Shown here: piece by piece, positions 15,989-23,966 of the stretch
Numbering within the stretch: the stretch's first letter is position 1
Layout of the letters: every line of letters begins with the position of its first letter
Source: an uncultured Oscillospiraceae bacterium
GTDB lineage: Bacteria; Bacillota; Clostridia; Oscillospirales; Oscillospiraceae
Length of the DNA stretch: 64,000 bases
Reading direction: 5' to 3'
NCBI GenBank assembly: GCA_964446815.1
Contig: CAYUQN010000002.1
Coordinates: 5,463 to 69,462 of the forward strand
Notes under the pieces: model-generated
Database searches by the model: none
What the model was told of the DNA's origin: nothing
Seen by the model: only the letters and a program-made list of their open reading frames with translations
Position numbers and translations under genes: made by a program

Positions 15989-17329
15989 ATGAAAAACTTC
16001 ACCCCCATCTATGTTCCGGTCGGTGCTCCGACCTTCCATCTCGAATCTGCGGCAGAGCAGTTTGAAAGGTCGAAAAAGCTACTCGGCAGTATCGACGGCA
16101 GGTTTATATTCCCCGATGAAATGCTGCTTACGCTCGATCTGCTCACCGACTTTCTCGACGGAGTTTCCCCCGATGTCGTGGTGTTTCAGAATATAACCTT
16201 TGCAAATGCCGCATTCGTATCCGAGCTCAAGCGGCGTTTTGATTGCCCTGTTTTGCTGTGGACTCTCCGTGAACCGGTGATCGACGGCGGCAGGCTCCGC
16301 CTCAATTCGCTGACCGGTGCATATTCCGCCGCAAACGCAATGCACGCTTTCGGTGACGATAGCTTCGGCTACGTTTTCGGTTCCCCCGATGAGGCTCGCA
16401 CGAGGGCGGAGATAGCCTCATTCATCGAAGCGGCAAGGCTCAAAAAGCAAATGCGTTCTCTGCGTATGGCTGCTGTCGGTCATACTCCGCAGGGCTTCGG
16501 CTTCGGCAGAGCCCTGGATACGGAGCTTATGAACAAGTTCGGTGTGGAGCTTGTGTCCGTCGAGGCAAGGGAGCTGATAGCTTTGGCAAAGTCGTATTCC
16601 GATGATGAGTGCGAAGAGTATCTCAAAAAGTCGGAATGTGCAATGTGCGGTCTTGCCAAAACGCCCGAAAAAAATCGCCGTGACTATGCACGGCTTTACA
16701 AGGCTTATTCCGAATATGTGAGCAAAAACGGTATCGGAGCACTTGCATCACGCTGCTGGCCGGACTTCTTCACCGATTTCGGTACCCCGGTATGCTCGGT
16801 GCTGTCCATGCTCGGCGATGACGGTGTTGCGGCAGCCTGTGAGGCGGATATCTACGGTGCCTTGTCCATGTGGATGGGTATGTCTCTCAGCGGCTCACCG
16901 ACGTTTTTCGGTGATCCCGTATCCCTCGATGAGGGCGACAATTCGATCACCTTCTGGCATTGCGGTGCAGCCGCCTGTTCGCTTGCAAGGCGAGATACCG
17001 GAGCGGTCGTCGGCGTTCACCCCAATCGCAAGATAGGCCCTGCGATGGACTTCGGCTGTGAGGCGTATCCCGAGGTAACGGTGTTAAGAGTGGGAAAAAA
17101 GCCGGACGGCAGCTTCAGATTCTTTGTGTGTGAGGGCGAGGCTCTCGATAAGCCCAAGCAGTTTACCGGAACCTCGATAGTCGTCCGGACAAACGGCGAT
17201 TGCAGGAGCATCGTCGAAAGCAGCGTAAAGCAGGGCTTTGAGCCCCACTTTGCCGTCATCCGAGGTCACCACGCAAGCACTCTTGTAAACCTCGCCAAGC
17301 TCCTCGGTATCGAGGTATGTGAGTATTGA
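15989..17329 (+). CDS. L-fucose/L-arabinose isomerase family protein, substrate unknown
   Basis: This is a 446-aa protein starting at MKNFTPIYV with an AAAGGAG Shine-Dalgarno sequence. Family resemblance rests on ..GHTPQGFGFG.., ..ASRCWPDF.. and ..ACEADIYGALSM.. blocks. Confidence 0.65.
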   Translation: MKNFTPIYVPVGAPTFHLESAAEQFERSKKLLGSIDGRFIFPDEMLLTLDLLTDFLDGVSPDVVVFQNITFANAAFVSELKRRFDCPVLLWTLREPVIDGGRLRLNSLTGAYSAANAMHAFGDDSFGYVFGSPDEARTRAEIASFIEAARLKKQMRSLRMAAVGHTPQGFGFGRALDTELMNKFGVELVSVEARELIALAKSYSDDECEEYLKKSECAMCGLAKTPEKNRRDYARLYKAYSEYVSKNGIGALASRCWPDFFTDFGTPVCSVLSMLGDDGVAAACEADIYGALSMWMGMSLSGSPTFFGDPVSLDEGDNSITFWHCGAAACSLARRDTGAVVGVHPNRKIGPAMDFGCEAYPEVTVLRVGKKPDGSFRFFVCEGEALDKPKQFTGTSIVVRTNGDCRSIVESSVKQGFEPHFAVIRGHHASTLVNLAKLLGIEVCEY

Positions 17330-17337
17330 TAACAAGC

Positions 17338-17370
17338 AAAAAGCACTGACTTTCGTCAGTGCTTTTTTCA
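17338..17370. terminator. Bidirectional terminator hairpin, copy B of the 33-nt repeat, abutting the tRNA-Leu 3' end
   Basis: The sequence is aaaaagcactgactttcgtcagtgcttttttca. It lies 8 nt after the FucI-like stop and directly after the tRNA CCA end on the other strand. Confidence 0.75.
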
Positions 17371-17458
17371 TGGTGCACGAGGCGGGACTTGAACCCGCAC
17401 GCCCGGAGTGAGCACTAGAACCTGAATCTAGCGAGTCTGCCAATTCCACCACTCGTGC
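17371..17458 (-). tRNA. tRNA-Leu(CAG): tRNA-Leu, anticodon CAG, type II long variable arm, CCA encoded
   Basis: The reverse complement reads GCACGAG..CTAGA-TTCAGGT-TCTAG..GGGTTCAAGTCCC..CTCGTGCACCA. The acceptor stem has 7 bp, the anticodon loop has CAG, and a T-arm is present. Confidence 0.9.
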
Positions 17459-17477
17459 AAATCAATTGAGCTTAACT

Positions 17478-17506
17478 ATAATAGCATCTTGCCGCATTGA
17501 TGTCAA
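17478..17506 (-). promoter_or_regulatory. Candidate promoter for tRNA-Leu
   Basis: On the minus strand: TTGACA, 17-nt spacer, TATTAT, about 20 nt upstream of the tRNA 5' end. Confidence 0.55.
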
Positions 17507-17702
17507 GTAATTTTCTCCACAATCATCGGCATTTTCGCTTTGCCGAGTAGGGTTTAAGGAGTGGCAAAGCGACACTGCGGCGAGAACAGCCCCTCCCCGA
17601 ATCGGATCGCCGCCGAAAACGGCTTTGGGATCAAGGCTTAGTGGTGAAACTGTACAAATCGCCCGAGCCTCATTATGAGGTTCGGGCGATGGCTTTATAA
17701 AC

Positions 17703-17987
17703 TTACTGAGCAAGTGCTCTTTCGAGCCAAACGGTGGCAACGTCCATTGCCGCCCAGAATCCGTCCTTTTCGCTTTTTTTCACGATACGGTCACGGGACT
17801 TAATCGTGGGATCCGTGAGCTGAAGCTGAACGGAGACCTTGCTTGCCACGTCCAGATCCTTGACCTTCTTGGTCTCGAGTATCTGGAGCATGATGATGTA
17901 TTTATCCGCCATACTGCCGTAGTACACTATATTACCGGTACGTTGCAGAGGGCGACCCTTATATTCAAGTACCTTATCCTTTGCCAT
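17703..17987 (-). CDS. Hypothetical small protein (94 aa)
   Basis: The ORF has a GGAGG-containing Shine-Dalgarno sequence and lies 17 nt downstream of the PBP gene. It is followed by a hairpin at 17658-17690. No family was recognised. Confidence 0.55.
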   Translation of the reverse strand: MAKDKVLEYKGRPLQRTGNIVYYGSMADKYIIMLQILETKKVKDLDVASKVSVQLQLTDPTIKSRDRIVKKSEKDGFWAAMDVATVWLERALAQ

Positions 17988-18004
17988 GTTAAGCCTCCTT
18001 TTAA

Positions 18005-20152
18005 TTATGTCTCCGGCTCATCGGGAGGAAGTGCCGGATCTATCGGCGTTATCGGATCGATGGGATCCACGGGCACTACGGGATCGACGGGTGCATCGGG
18101 GTCAACGCCCTCCCAAATATTCGTGAGCTCCTCCTCGGTGCCGAATATATTCGTCGGATCGCCGCCGTAGGACATATTGAAGTCCTTATACGGAAGATCC
18201 TGATGCACAAGCTCCATGACGTCATGCCATATTTTGACCGCGGGGTTACCGGAGAAGTACATGGTCTCCGGAGTATCGTAGCCCGTCCAGACCGCACAGG
18301 TATAGTACGGAGTGTATCCGCAGAACCAACGATCCTTGTTTGCGGTGGTGGTACCGGTCTTGCCGGCAACGGGCATATTGTTTAGTCTCGATGAGCTGCC
18401 TGTGCCGTAGGTCGCCGCATTATTGAGCATATAAGTCATAACCCTTGCGGTATTCGATGAGAACGCCGTCTGAACATAGGGCTCCTTGTTGAGTATGACC
18501 TCGGTGCCGTCTGCGTTTGTGACCTTCAAATAGGTGTGCGATTCGATCATTACACCGTCGTTTGCGAGGGCGGAATACGCCTGTGCCATCTCTCTGACGG
18601 TGATACCGTAGTGCGGCTGACCGAGTGCCATTGCGGCGTAGTCCGCATCACTGTCGATAAGGCTTGTGACATTGAGGCGATTCCTCAGGAAATCAAGGGA
18701 AGCAGCCGGCGTCAGCTTATCCATTATCTGAGCGGAAACGGTGTTCTTGGAATCCTGAAGTGCCGTCAGTATCGTGATGACACCGTCATAGGTGTTGGGT
18801 GTGTTCTTGGGATACCAACCGTCGGGAGCCTTGGACAGCGTGACCTTGGTATCGTCTGCATCAAGCACCCATGTGCTCGGGGTGATCAGTCCGTACTCAA
18901 CAGCGGGGCCGTAGACCGAGATGGGCTTTATCGACGATCCGGGAGGTCTGGTGGTATCCGTTGCTCTGTTCAGACCGAAGTTTATCTCCTTCTCACCGGT
19001 GCCGCCGGAGAGTGCGACTATAGCACCGGTGGACTGGTTCATTATGACTATACCGCTCTGAAGCTGAGAATCCGTAGACCCCGTGGTTTGGGGAAGCTTA
19101 GTCAGATCGGTGTATATGGAGTCGACCTTCTGCTGGATGTCCATATCAATGCAGCAGTAAATGTGATAGCCGCCGTTGTAAATGAGCTGCTTTGCGGAGG
19201 TCTCGGTGATGCCCTTTTCCTTTGCAAGATCGCTCACAACGTCACTTATAACGGTCTCAACATAGTAGCTGTAGACGTTATTCGAGGTGCTTTCGCCCTC
19301 CTCACTTGCGGAGTATACGAACTGGAGCTCCTCCGCCACGGCATCCTTGTACTCCTGCTTCGTGATATAGCCTTGCTCGTACATCTGCTTCAGGATATCC
19401 TCCTGACGAGCCTTATTCTCATCGGGGTTCTGGAAGGGGTCATAGAGCGTGGGCAGATTCGTTATACCTACGATCGATGCACATTCCGCAAGCGAAAGCT
19501 CGGAAACGTCCTTGCCGAAATAGGTCTGTGCCGCAGTCTGAACGCCATAGCAGCCCTGACCGAAGTAGACAACATTGAGATACCACTCGATTATTTGATC
19601 CTTGTTGTAGTCCTTTTCAAACTCAAGTGCCTGGAATATCTCAAGCAGCTTTCGCTGAACGGTGATGTCATCCTGATGGGTAACGTTTTTGATGAGCTGC
19701 TGCGTTATCGTGGAACCGCCGAAGGTTCCTCTGGAGCCGGTGAACATATTGGCGAAGGCACCGACGGTTCTGATCCAGTCAACACCGTGATGATCGTAAA
19801 AACGCTTGTCCTCAATAGCGACGAGGGCGTGCTCCATATACTCGGGGATCTCCTCAAGATCGACCCACAAACGCTCCTCCTCACCGGACAGGATGGCAAG
19901 CTCCTTCCATTCACCGCTTTCATTGTCCTGATACCATATTATACTCGACTGCTTGAGCATTACATCGTCCATATCAAGCGGAGTGCTCGGGATGATGCTG
20001 GTCTCGATATAATCGGCAAAAATGCACAGGAACATAAGAGCCGTCAGAATACCGATAAGAAACAGCGTACCGATAACACGCATGATGATCCTAAAGGTTC
20101 CGACACCTTCTCTGCCGCCCTCTGCCATTGCCTTTTCTCTTGCCATACTCAC
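18005..20152 (-). CDS. Class A penicillin-binding protein (PBP1A-type glycosyltransferase/transpeptidase)
   Basis: It has an N-terminal TM segment and the GT51 motifs EDKRFYDHHGVD, GGSTITQQL and RKLLE. The transpeptidase motifs are SSIKP, SKN and KTGTT, followed by a Pro/Asp-rich tail. Confidence 0.9.
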   Translation of the reverse strand: MSMAREKAMAEGGREGVGTFRIIMRVIGTLFLIGILTALMFLCIFADYIETSIIPSTPLDMDDVMLKQSSIIWYQDNESGEWKELAILSGEEERLWVDLEEIPEYMEHALVAIEDKRFYDHHGVDWIRTVGAFANMFTGSRGTFGGSTITQQLIKNVTHQDDITVQRKLLEIFQALEFEKDYNKDQIIEWYLNVVYFGQGCYGVQTAAQTYFGKDVSELSLAECASIVGITNLPTLYDPFQNPDENKARQEDILKQMYEQGYITKQEYKDAVAEELQFVYSASEEGESTSNNVYSYYVETVISDVVSDLAKEKGITETSAKQLIYNGGYHIYCCIDMDIQQKVDSIYTDLTKLPQTTGSTDSQLQSGIVIMNQSTGAIVALSGGTGEKEINFGLNRATDTTRPPGSSIKPISVYGPAVEYGLITPSTWVLDADDTKVTLSKAPDGWYPKNTPNTYDGVITILTALQDSKNTVSAQIMDKLTPAASLDFLRNRLNVTSLIDSDADYAAMALGQPHYGITVREMAQAYSALANDGVMIESHTYLKVTNADGTEVILNKEPYVQTAFSSNTARVMTYMLNNAATYGTGSSSRLNNMPVAGKTGTTTANKDRWFCGYTPYYTCAVWTGYDTPETMYFSGNPAVKIWHDVMELVHQDLPYKDFNMSYGGDPTNIFGTEEELTNIWEGVDPDAPVDPVVPVDPIDPITPIDPALPPDEPET

Positions 20153-20297
20153 ACCTCCTTGTCGGGATGTTTATAATATAAAAGTGTATTGAGATCGCAT
20201 ACTACTGCTGAGTAAATCATTATATCACATTATGTCAAGTAGTAGTGTACTAATTGTTAATTTTGTTGGAAATAATATGGGCGAAGGAGTTGATAAA

Positions 20298-20624
20298 ATG
20301 CGATCAAAGATAAAACTAACGGTGCTGTGCGTACTTTTTGTCACGGCACTCGGATGCAGTGCAACGGCGATAAAAAGCTTAGGCAACGATACACATACCG
20401 CACCGCCGACCTCGGCGGTATACAATGAGCCGCAAGCCGCCTATTGGCTTTTCGACAGCGGCGGTTACGTTGCGGTTTACGCCGAGAACGATGAAAGCGG
20501 TGTCGAGATCACCGACATCGAGACGCAAACTCTCAACGATTACGACAGGGAGCTTCTCCGTGAGGGGATACCTGCAAAGGACAAAGCGGAGCTTTTGTCG
20601 CTGCTTGAAGATCTGAGCTCATAA
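20298..20624 (+). CDS. Putative lipoprotein, function unknown
   Basis: It has a signal peptide with the lipobox LTVLCVLFVTALGC. The start at MRSKIK is preceded by GAAGGAG. Confidence 0.6.
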   Translation: MRSKIKLTVLCVLFVTALGCSATAIKSLGNDTHTAPPTSAVYNEPQAAYWLFDSGGYVAVYAENDESGVEITDIETQTLNDYDRELLREGIPAKDKAELLSLLEDLSS

Positions 20625-20689
20625 TATGTACTTGAATTTTACAGCGGTATGGGGTAGAATAAAAGCAAATCATACAGGAGGCTTAAAAT

Positions 20690-20977
20690 ATGAGCAAAGA
20701 ATTCGGCAACGATTTTATCACAATTATAGATGACGACGGAAACGAGTTTGAGCTTGAGCTGCTCGACACCATGGATTATAACGGCGGCTCCTTCGCTGCG
20801 TTCCTCCCCACCGATATCCCCGAGGACGATCCCGAGTACGGTATTATCATTCTCCGTATAGTTCCCGACGAAAACGGCGACGATCTTTTCGAGTCCATCG
20901 ACGATGACGATGAGCTTCAGGATGTCTATGAGCATTTCTCCGTCCTGCTTTTCGATGACGAGGACGAGGAGGAATAA
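20690..20977 (+). CDS. DUF1292 family protein
   Basis: This 95-aa acidic protein has the characteristic ITIIDDDGNEFELELLDTMDYNGGSFAAF pattern. Confidence 0.75.
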   Translation: MSKEFGNDFITIIDDDGNEFELELLDTMDYNGGSFAAFLPTDIPEDDPEYGIIILRIVPDENGDDLFESIDDDDELQDVYEHFSVLLFDDEDEEE

Positions 20978-20989
20978 GTTCCCTCGACA

Positions 20990-21237
20990 CAGCATAAAGT
21001 ATTAAGAGCTCTGCATTGTGCGTGATCGCCCATTTGGGCATTAGGCTCAATTAAACCCACATTTCCTATAAGGGATGCCGATTTGAATCTGCGGATTGCA
21101 GGCCTCCCGACCAAAAGTCGGACGTTGGAAGCAGCGAAACAGAACTTAGGCGACCCACCTGCCGAACCGTGCAGGTTATAATCGAGCCACACGGCAAAAG
21201 CGGAGCTACCCCGACAGCATATGCTGTCGGGGTTTTT
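20990..21237 (+). ncRNA. Candidate structured ncRNA or long 3' UTR ending in a strong terminator; family not recognised
   Basis: This is ~230 nt of non-coding sequence with several local hairpins: GCCCAtttGGGC, CCGACcaaaaGTCGG and ACCTGCcgaaccgtGCAGGT. It ends at the terminator CCCCGACAGCATATGCTGTCGGGG+TTTTT (21209-21237). holB has its own promoter downstream. Confidence 0.3.
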
Positions 21238-21300
21238 CATTTCTACCTACGGTGCGAAGCAATATTTACAGTTTCATAATTTTCACCCATTAATTCGCCG

Positions 21301-21329
21301 TTGACTTGAGGCTCAATAAATAGTAAAAT
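21301..21329 (+). promoter_or_regulatory. Candidate promoter for holB
   Basis: TTGACT, 17-nt spacer, TAAAAT, about 20 nt upstream of the ATG. Confidence 0.45.
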
Positions 21330-21350
21330 AAACTGATTTGGAGGTGCGGT

Positions 21351-22124
21351 ATGGAAAAACTTTCTCACGCATATATAGTATCCTCCTCCGATAGCGGAGA
21401 GCGTGAGCGACTTGCTCTCTCACTGGCATCGGAAATGCTCTGCTGCTCTGCGACTAACCGTCCCTGCGGTGTATGCCGCAACTGCCGTAAGGTCAAAAAC
21501 GGTACTCATCCCGATCTCACTTTCGTCCGTCGCCTGACGGATGATAAGGGTAAGCTCAAAAAGGAGATCGCCGTTGACCAGATCCGTGATATGAGTGCCG
21601 ATGCATTTGTCCTTCCGAATGAAGCCGATGCCAAGGTCTACATCATCGAGGAAGCCGAGCTCATGAACGAGCACGCTCAGAATGCAGCCCTCAAAACTCT
21701 TGAGGAGCCTCCGAAGGGGGCACACTTCATCCTGTGCACGGATAATCCGGAGAAGCTTTTGATCACGGTCAGATCTCGCTGTACCGTGCTTCGCAAAAAC
21801 TGCGATGCCGAGCTTTTCGGTGATGATGCGGGGAAGTCGGCGGAGGAATTCATTAGCCGTATCGAATCGGGGAAAAGGCATGAGCTGCTTTCCTGGTGCA
21901 TGGCAAACGAAGCGACGGATAACGCAAAGACCAAGGAGTTTTTGGAGGCGGTAAAGGCCCGACTCATAATGTCGCTGAAGCAGCATGACACTGCATTTTC
22001 ATCGGCGGAGGCTCTGCGGCTCATTGAGCTTTGTGAGCACTGCCTTGCGATGCTCGGTGTAAACACCGGCACGAAACATATTTACGGCCTCCTTGCCGTA
22101 AAGGGAATCGAGGAAAAAAGTTGA
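21351..22124 (+). CDS. holB: DNA polymerase III subunit delta' (short form)
   Basis: It has HAYIV.., a degenerate P-loop, the zinc module CGVCRNCRKVKNGTHPDL, and box VII SRC (TVRSRCTVL). Confidence 0.8.
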   Translation: MEKLSHAYIVSSSDSGERERLALSLASEMLCCSATNRPCGVCRNCRKVKNGTHPDLTFVRRLTDDKGKLKKEIAVDQIRDMSADAFVLPNEADAKVYIIEEAELMNEHAQNAALKTLEEPPKGAHFILCTDNPEKLLITVRSRCTVLRKNCDAELFGDDAGKSAEEFISRIESGKRHELLSWCMANEATDNAKTKEFLEAVKARLIMSLKQHDTAFSSAEALRLIELCEHCLAMLGVNTGTKHIYGLLAVKGIEEKS

Positions 22125-23416
22125 TTGAAGTTATAAGCGTAAAATTCAAGGGGCGTGGCAAAAGCTATTATTTTGACCCTGCCGATAAGGTGATCAAGGT
22201 CGGCCAGCAGGTCGTTGTCGAGACCAGCAAGGGTCTTGAGATGGCCGAGTGTACCCGTACCAATCACTATGTGGAGGAGACTGCCGTGGTGCAGCCTCTC
22301 CGTCCCGTGATAAGGATCGCCACGGCGGACGATCTGCGTATCACGGAGATCAATAAAAATCGCGAAAAGGAAGCTTTCGAGATATGCCGTCAGAAGATCG
22401 CGGAGCACGGTCTCGATATGAAGCTTGTGGATGTCGAGTGCAATTTCGAGGGAAGCAAGACAATGTTCTTCTTCACCTCCGACGGCAGGGTCGATTTCCG
22501 CGAGCTCGTAAAGGATCTTGCCGGTATCTTCCGTAACCGTATCGAGCTGCGTCAGATCGGCGTTAGGGATGAAGCAAAGATGCTCGGCGGCTTGGGCATA
22601 TGCGGAAGGCCCTTCTGTTGCAGCAGATTTTTGGATGATTTCCAGCCGGTATCGACAAAGATGGCAAAGGTGCAGTCCATGTCCTTAAACCCCGGTAAGA
22701 TATCCGGCACCTGCGGAAGACTCATGTGCTGTCTGAGATATGAGCAGGAGGCGTATGAGGAGCTTGTCAAGAGCGTTCCCAAGCAGGGTGCCTTCGTTGA
22801 AACTCCCGATGGCTACGGCAATGTCACGCAGGTAAATCTCCTGCGTCAGCTCGTCAAGGTAAAGCTTGACGGTGAGGGTGACGATACGGTCAAGACCTTC
22901 CGTTCCGTTGAGGTCGCGACCGTACCCGGTGGCAGACCCAAGGACGGTGAGGCACCTCCCTCCGTGCTGAAATATATACCGGAGCCCGAGCCGGAACCGG
23001 AGATCGAGAACGAATGGGCTTTGCCCTCCATGTTCACCGAGGATGCTCCGACCGAGGAGGAGAAGCCCGAGGAGCTAAAGCCTGCAAAGAGCCGTCGCAA
23101 TCGCAGGCACCGTCAGAAGCCCAAAAACGGCGAAAAGAAGCAGACTGCCGAAAAGAAGCAGACTGTTGAGAAGAAGGAGCAGCCCACACACGTCGAGGTT
23201 CATGAGAAACAGACCGTGCGTGCAAAGTCCAAGCACAACGCCGCAAGAAAGAAAAAGCCCGAGATCCCCAAGGAAAAGCCGGTAGAGGTCAAGGAGATAG
23301 CGGTAGCTCCTTCCAAGGAGGATGCACCCAAGAAAAAGAACAACAATAACCGACGTCGCTATTACCGCCACGGAAAGCCGAAAAACAAACAAGGCGGTGA
23401 AGCTGCAAAGCAATAA
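22121..23416 (+). CDS. ricT: PSP1 domain protein (RicT/YaaT-like) with a long basic low-complexity C-terminal extension
   Basis: The TTG start overlaps the holB stop. It has the PSP1 core, including the Cys cluster GICGRPFCCSRF...GTCGRLMCCLRYE, and the holB-yaaT synteny seen in Bacillus. The last ~150 aa are rich in K, E, P and R. Confidence 0.8.
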   Translation: MIEVISVKFKGRGKSYYFDPADKVIKVGQQVVVETSKGLEMAECTRTNHYVEETAVVQPLRPVIRIATADDLRITEINKNREKEAFEICRQKIAEHGLDMKLVDVECNFEGSKTMFFFTSDGRVDFRELVKDLAGIFRNRIELRQIGVRDEAKMLGGLGICGRPFCCSRFLDDFQPVSTKMAKVQSMSLNPGKISGTCGRLMCCLRYEQEAYEELVKSVPKQGAFVETPDGYGNVTQVNLLRQLVKVKLDGEGDDTVKTFRSVEVATVPGGRPKDGEAPPSVLKYIPEPEPEPEIENEWALPSMFTEDAPTEEEKPEELKPAKSRRNRRHRQKPKNGEKKQTAEKKQTVEKKEQPTHVEVHEKQTVRAKSKHNAARKKKPEIPKEKPVEVKEIAVAPSKEDAPKKKNNNNRRRYYRHGKPKNKQGGEAAKQ

Positions 23417-23430
23417 CGGAGGTATCCGAT

Positions 23431-23955
23431 ATGAGCGTTAAAACGGAAAAGCCGAAAAAGGAAAAGAAGCCCAAGAAGCTGCACGGACCTATGAAAATGA
23501 GCGTCAAGGTGTCGATCACCCTCGGTGCTCTGCTTATCGCGTTTATAGTTGTGGCACTGAGCTTCGGCTCCGGTGCAATGACATTTAAGCCCGGCTCCGT
23601 GCAATCGCACGATGAGCCTACGGACGTATCCGAATCCCCTGTCGTCAACGATGACGGCACCGTAGTTCCGCAGGCCAAGAAGTATACCGTCCTCGTATCC
23701 GTCGGCTACGGCGGAACGGCAAGCCCCGAGGGCAGCATCAGTGTTGAGGAAAACGGTGCGATAACCATAGGCTTCACTCCCGATGAGGGCTATGAGATCC
23801 TGTCCGTCACGGTAGACGGTCAGGATGTCGGAGCAAAGACAAGCTATACCCTCTCAAACGTCAGGGAGAATCACAGCGTCGTGGTAACCTTCGAAAAGCT
23901 GCCGGAGCCCTCTCCCAGTCCCAGTCCCTCTCCCGAGGTTCAACCCGAAGAATAA
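23431..23955 (+). CDS. Membrane-anchored protein with a divergent InlB B-repeat-like (Ig-like) domain
   Basis: It has a basic N-terminus and a TM segment (ITLGALLIAFIVVALSF). It also has the repeat pattern YTVLVSVGYGGTASPEG...GYEILSVTVDGQDV and a PSPSPSPSP tail. Confidence 0.55.
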   Translation: MSVKTEKPKKEKKPKKLHGPMKMSVKVSITLGALLIAFIVVALSFGSGAMTFKPGSVQSHDEPTDVSESPVVNDDGTVVPQAKKYTVLVSVGYGGTASPEGSISVEENGAITIGFTPDEGYEILSVTVDGQDVGAKTSYTLSNVRENHSVVVTFEKLPEPSPSPSPSPEVQPEE

Positions 23956-23966
23956 CGGAGGAGCGA

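Noticed and set aside
17510-17657. Possible ncRNA between the small-protein terminator and the tRNA-Leu promoter
   Set aside because: It has only weak, short hairpins, no terminator of its own and no recognisable motif. The evidence is insufficient.
18536-20176. 546-aa plus-strand ORF antisense to the PBP1A gene
   Set aside because: The translation is low-complexity with no motifs. The opposite strand encodes a complete class A PBP with all catalytic motifs. Long antisense ORFs are expected in GC3-rich genes.
20978-21240. SRP RNA, tmRNA, RNase P RNA or 6S RNA in the DUF1292-holB gap
   Set aside because: There are only short matches (GGAAGCAGC on the plus strand; CCUGCAAUCCGC on the minus strand). 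They lie on opposite strands. There is no GGAA-tetraloop helix 8, no tag ORF ending in LAA, and no P4 GAGGAAAGUCC box. The region is kept only as an unclassified ncRNA candidate.
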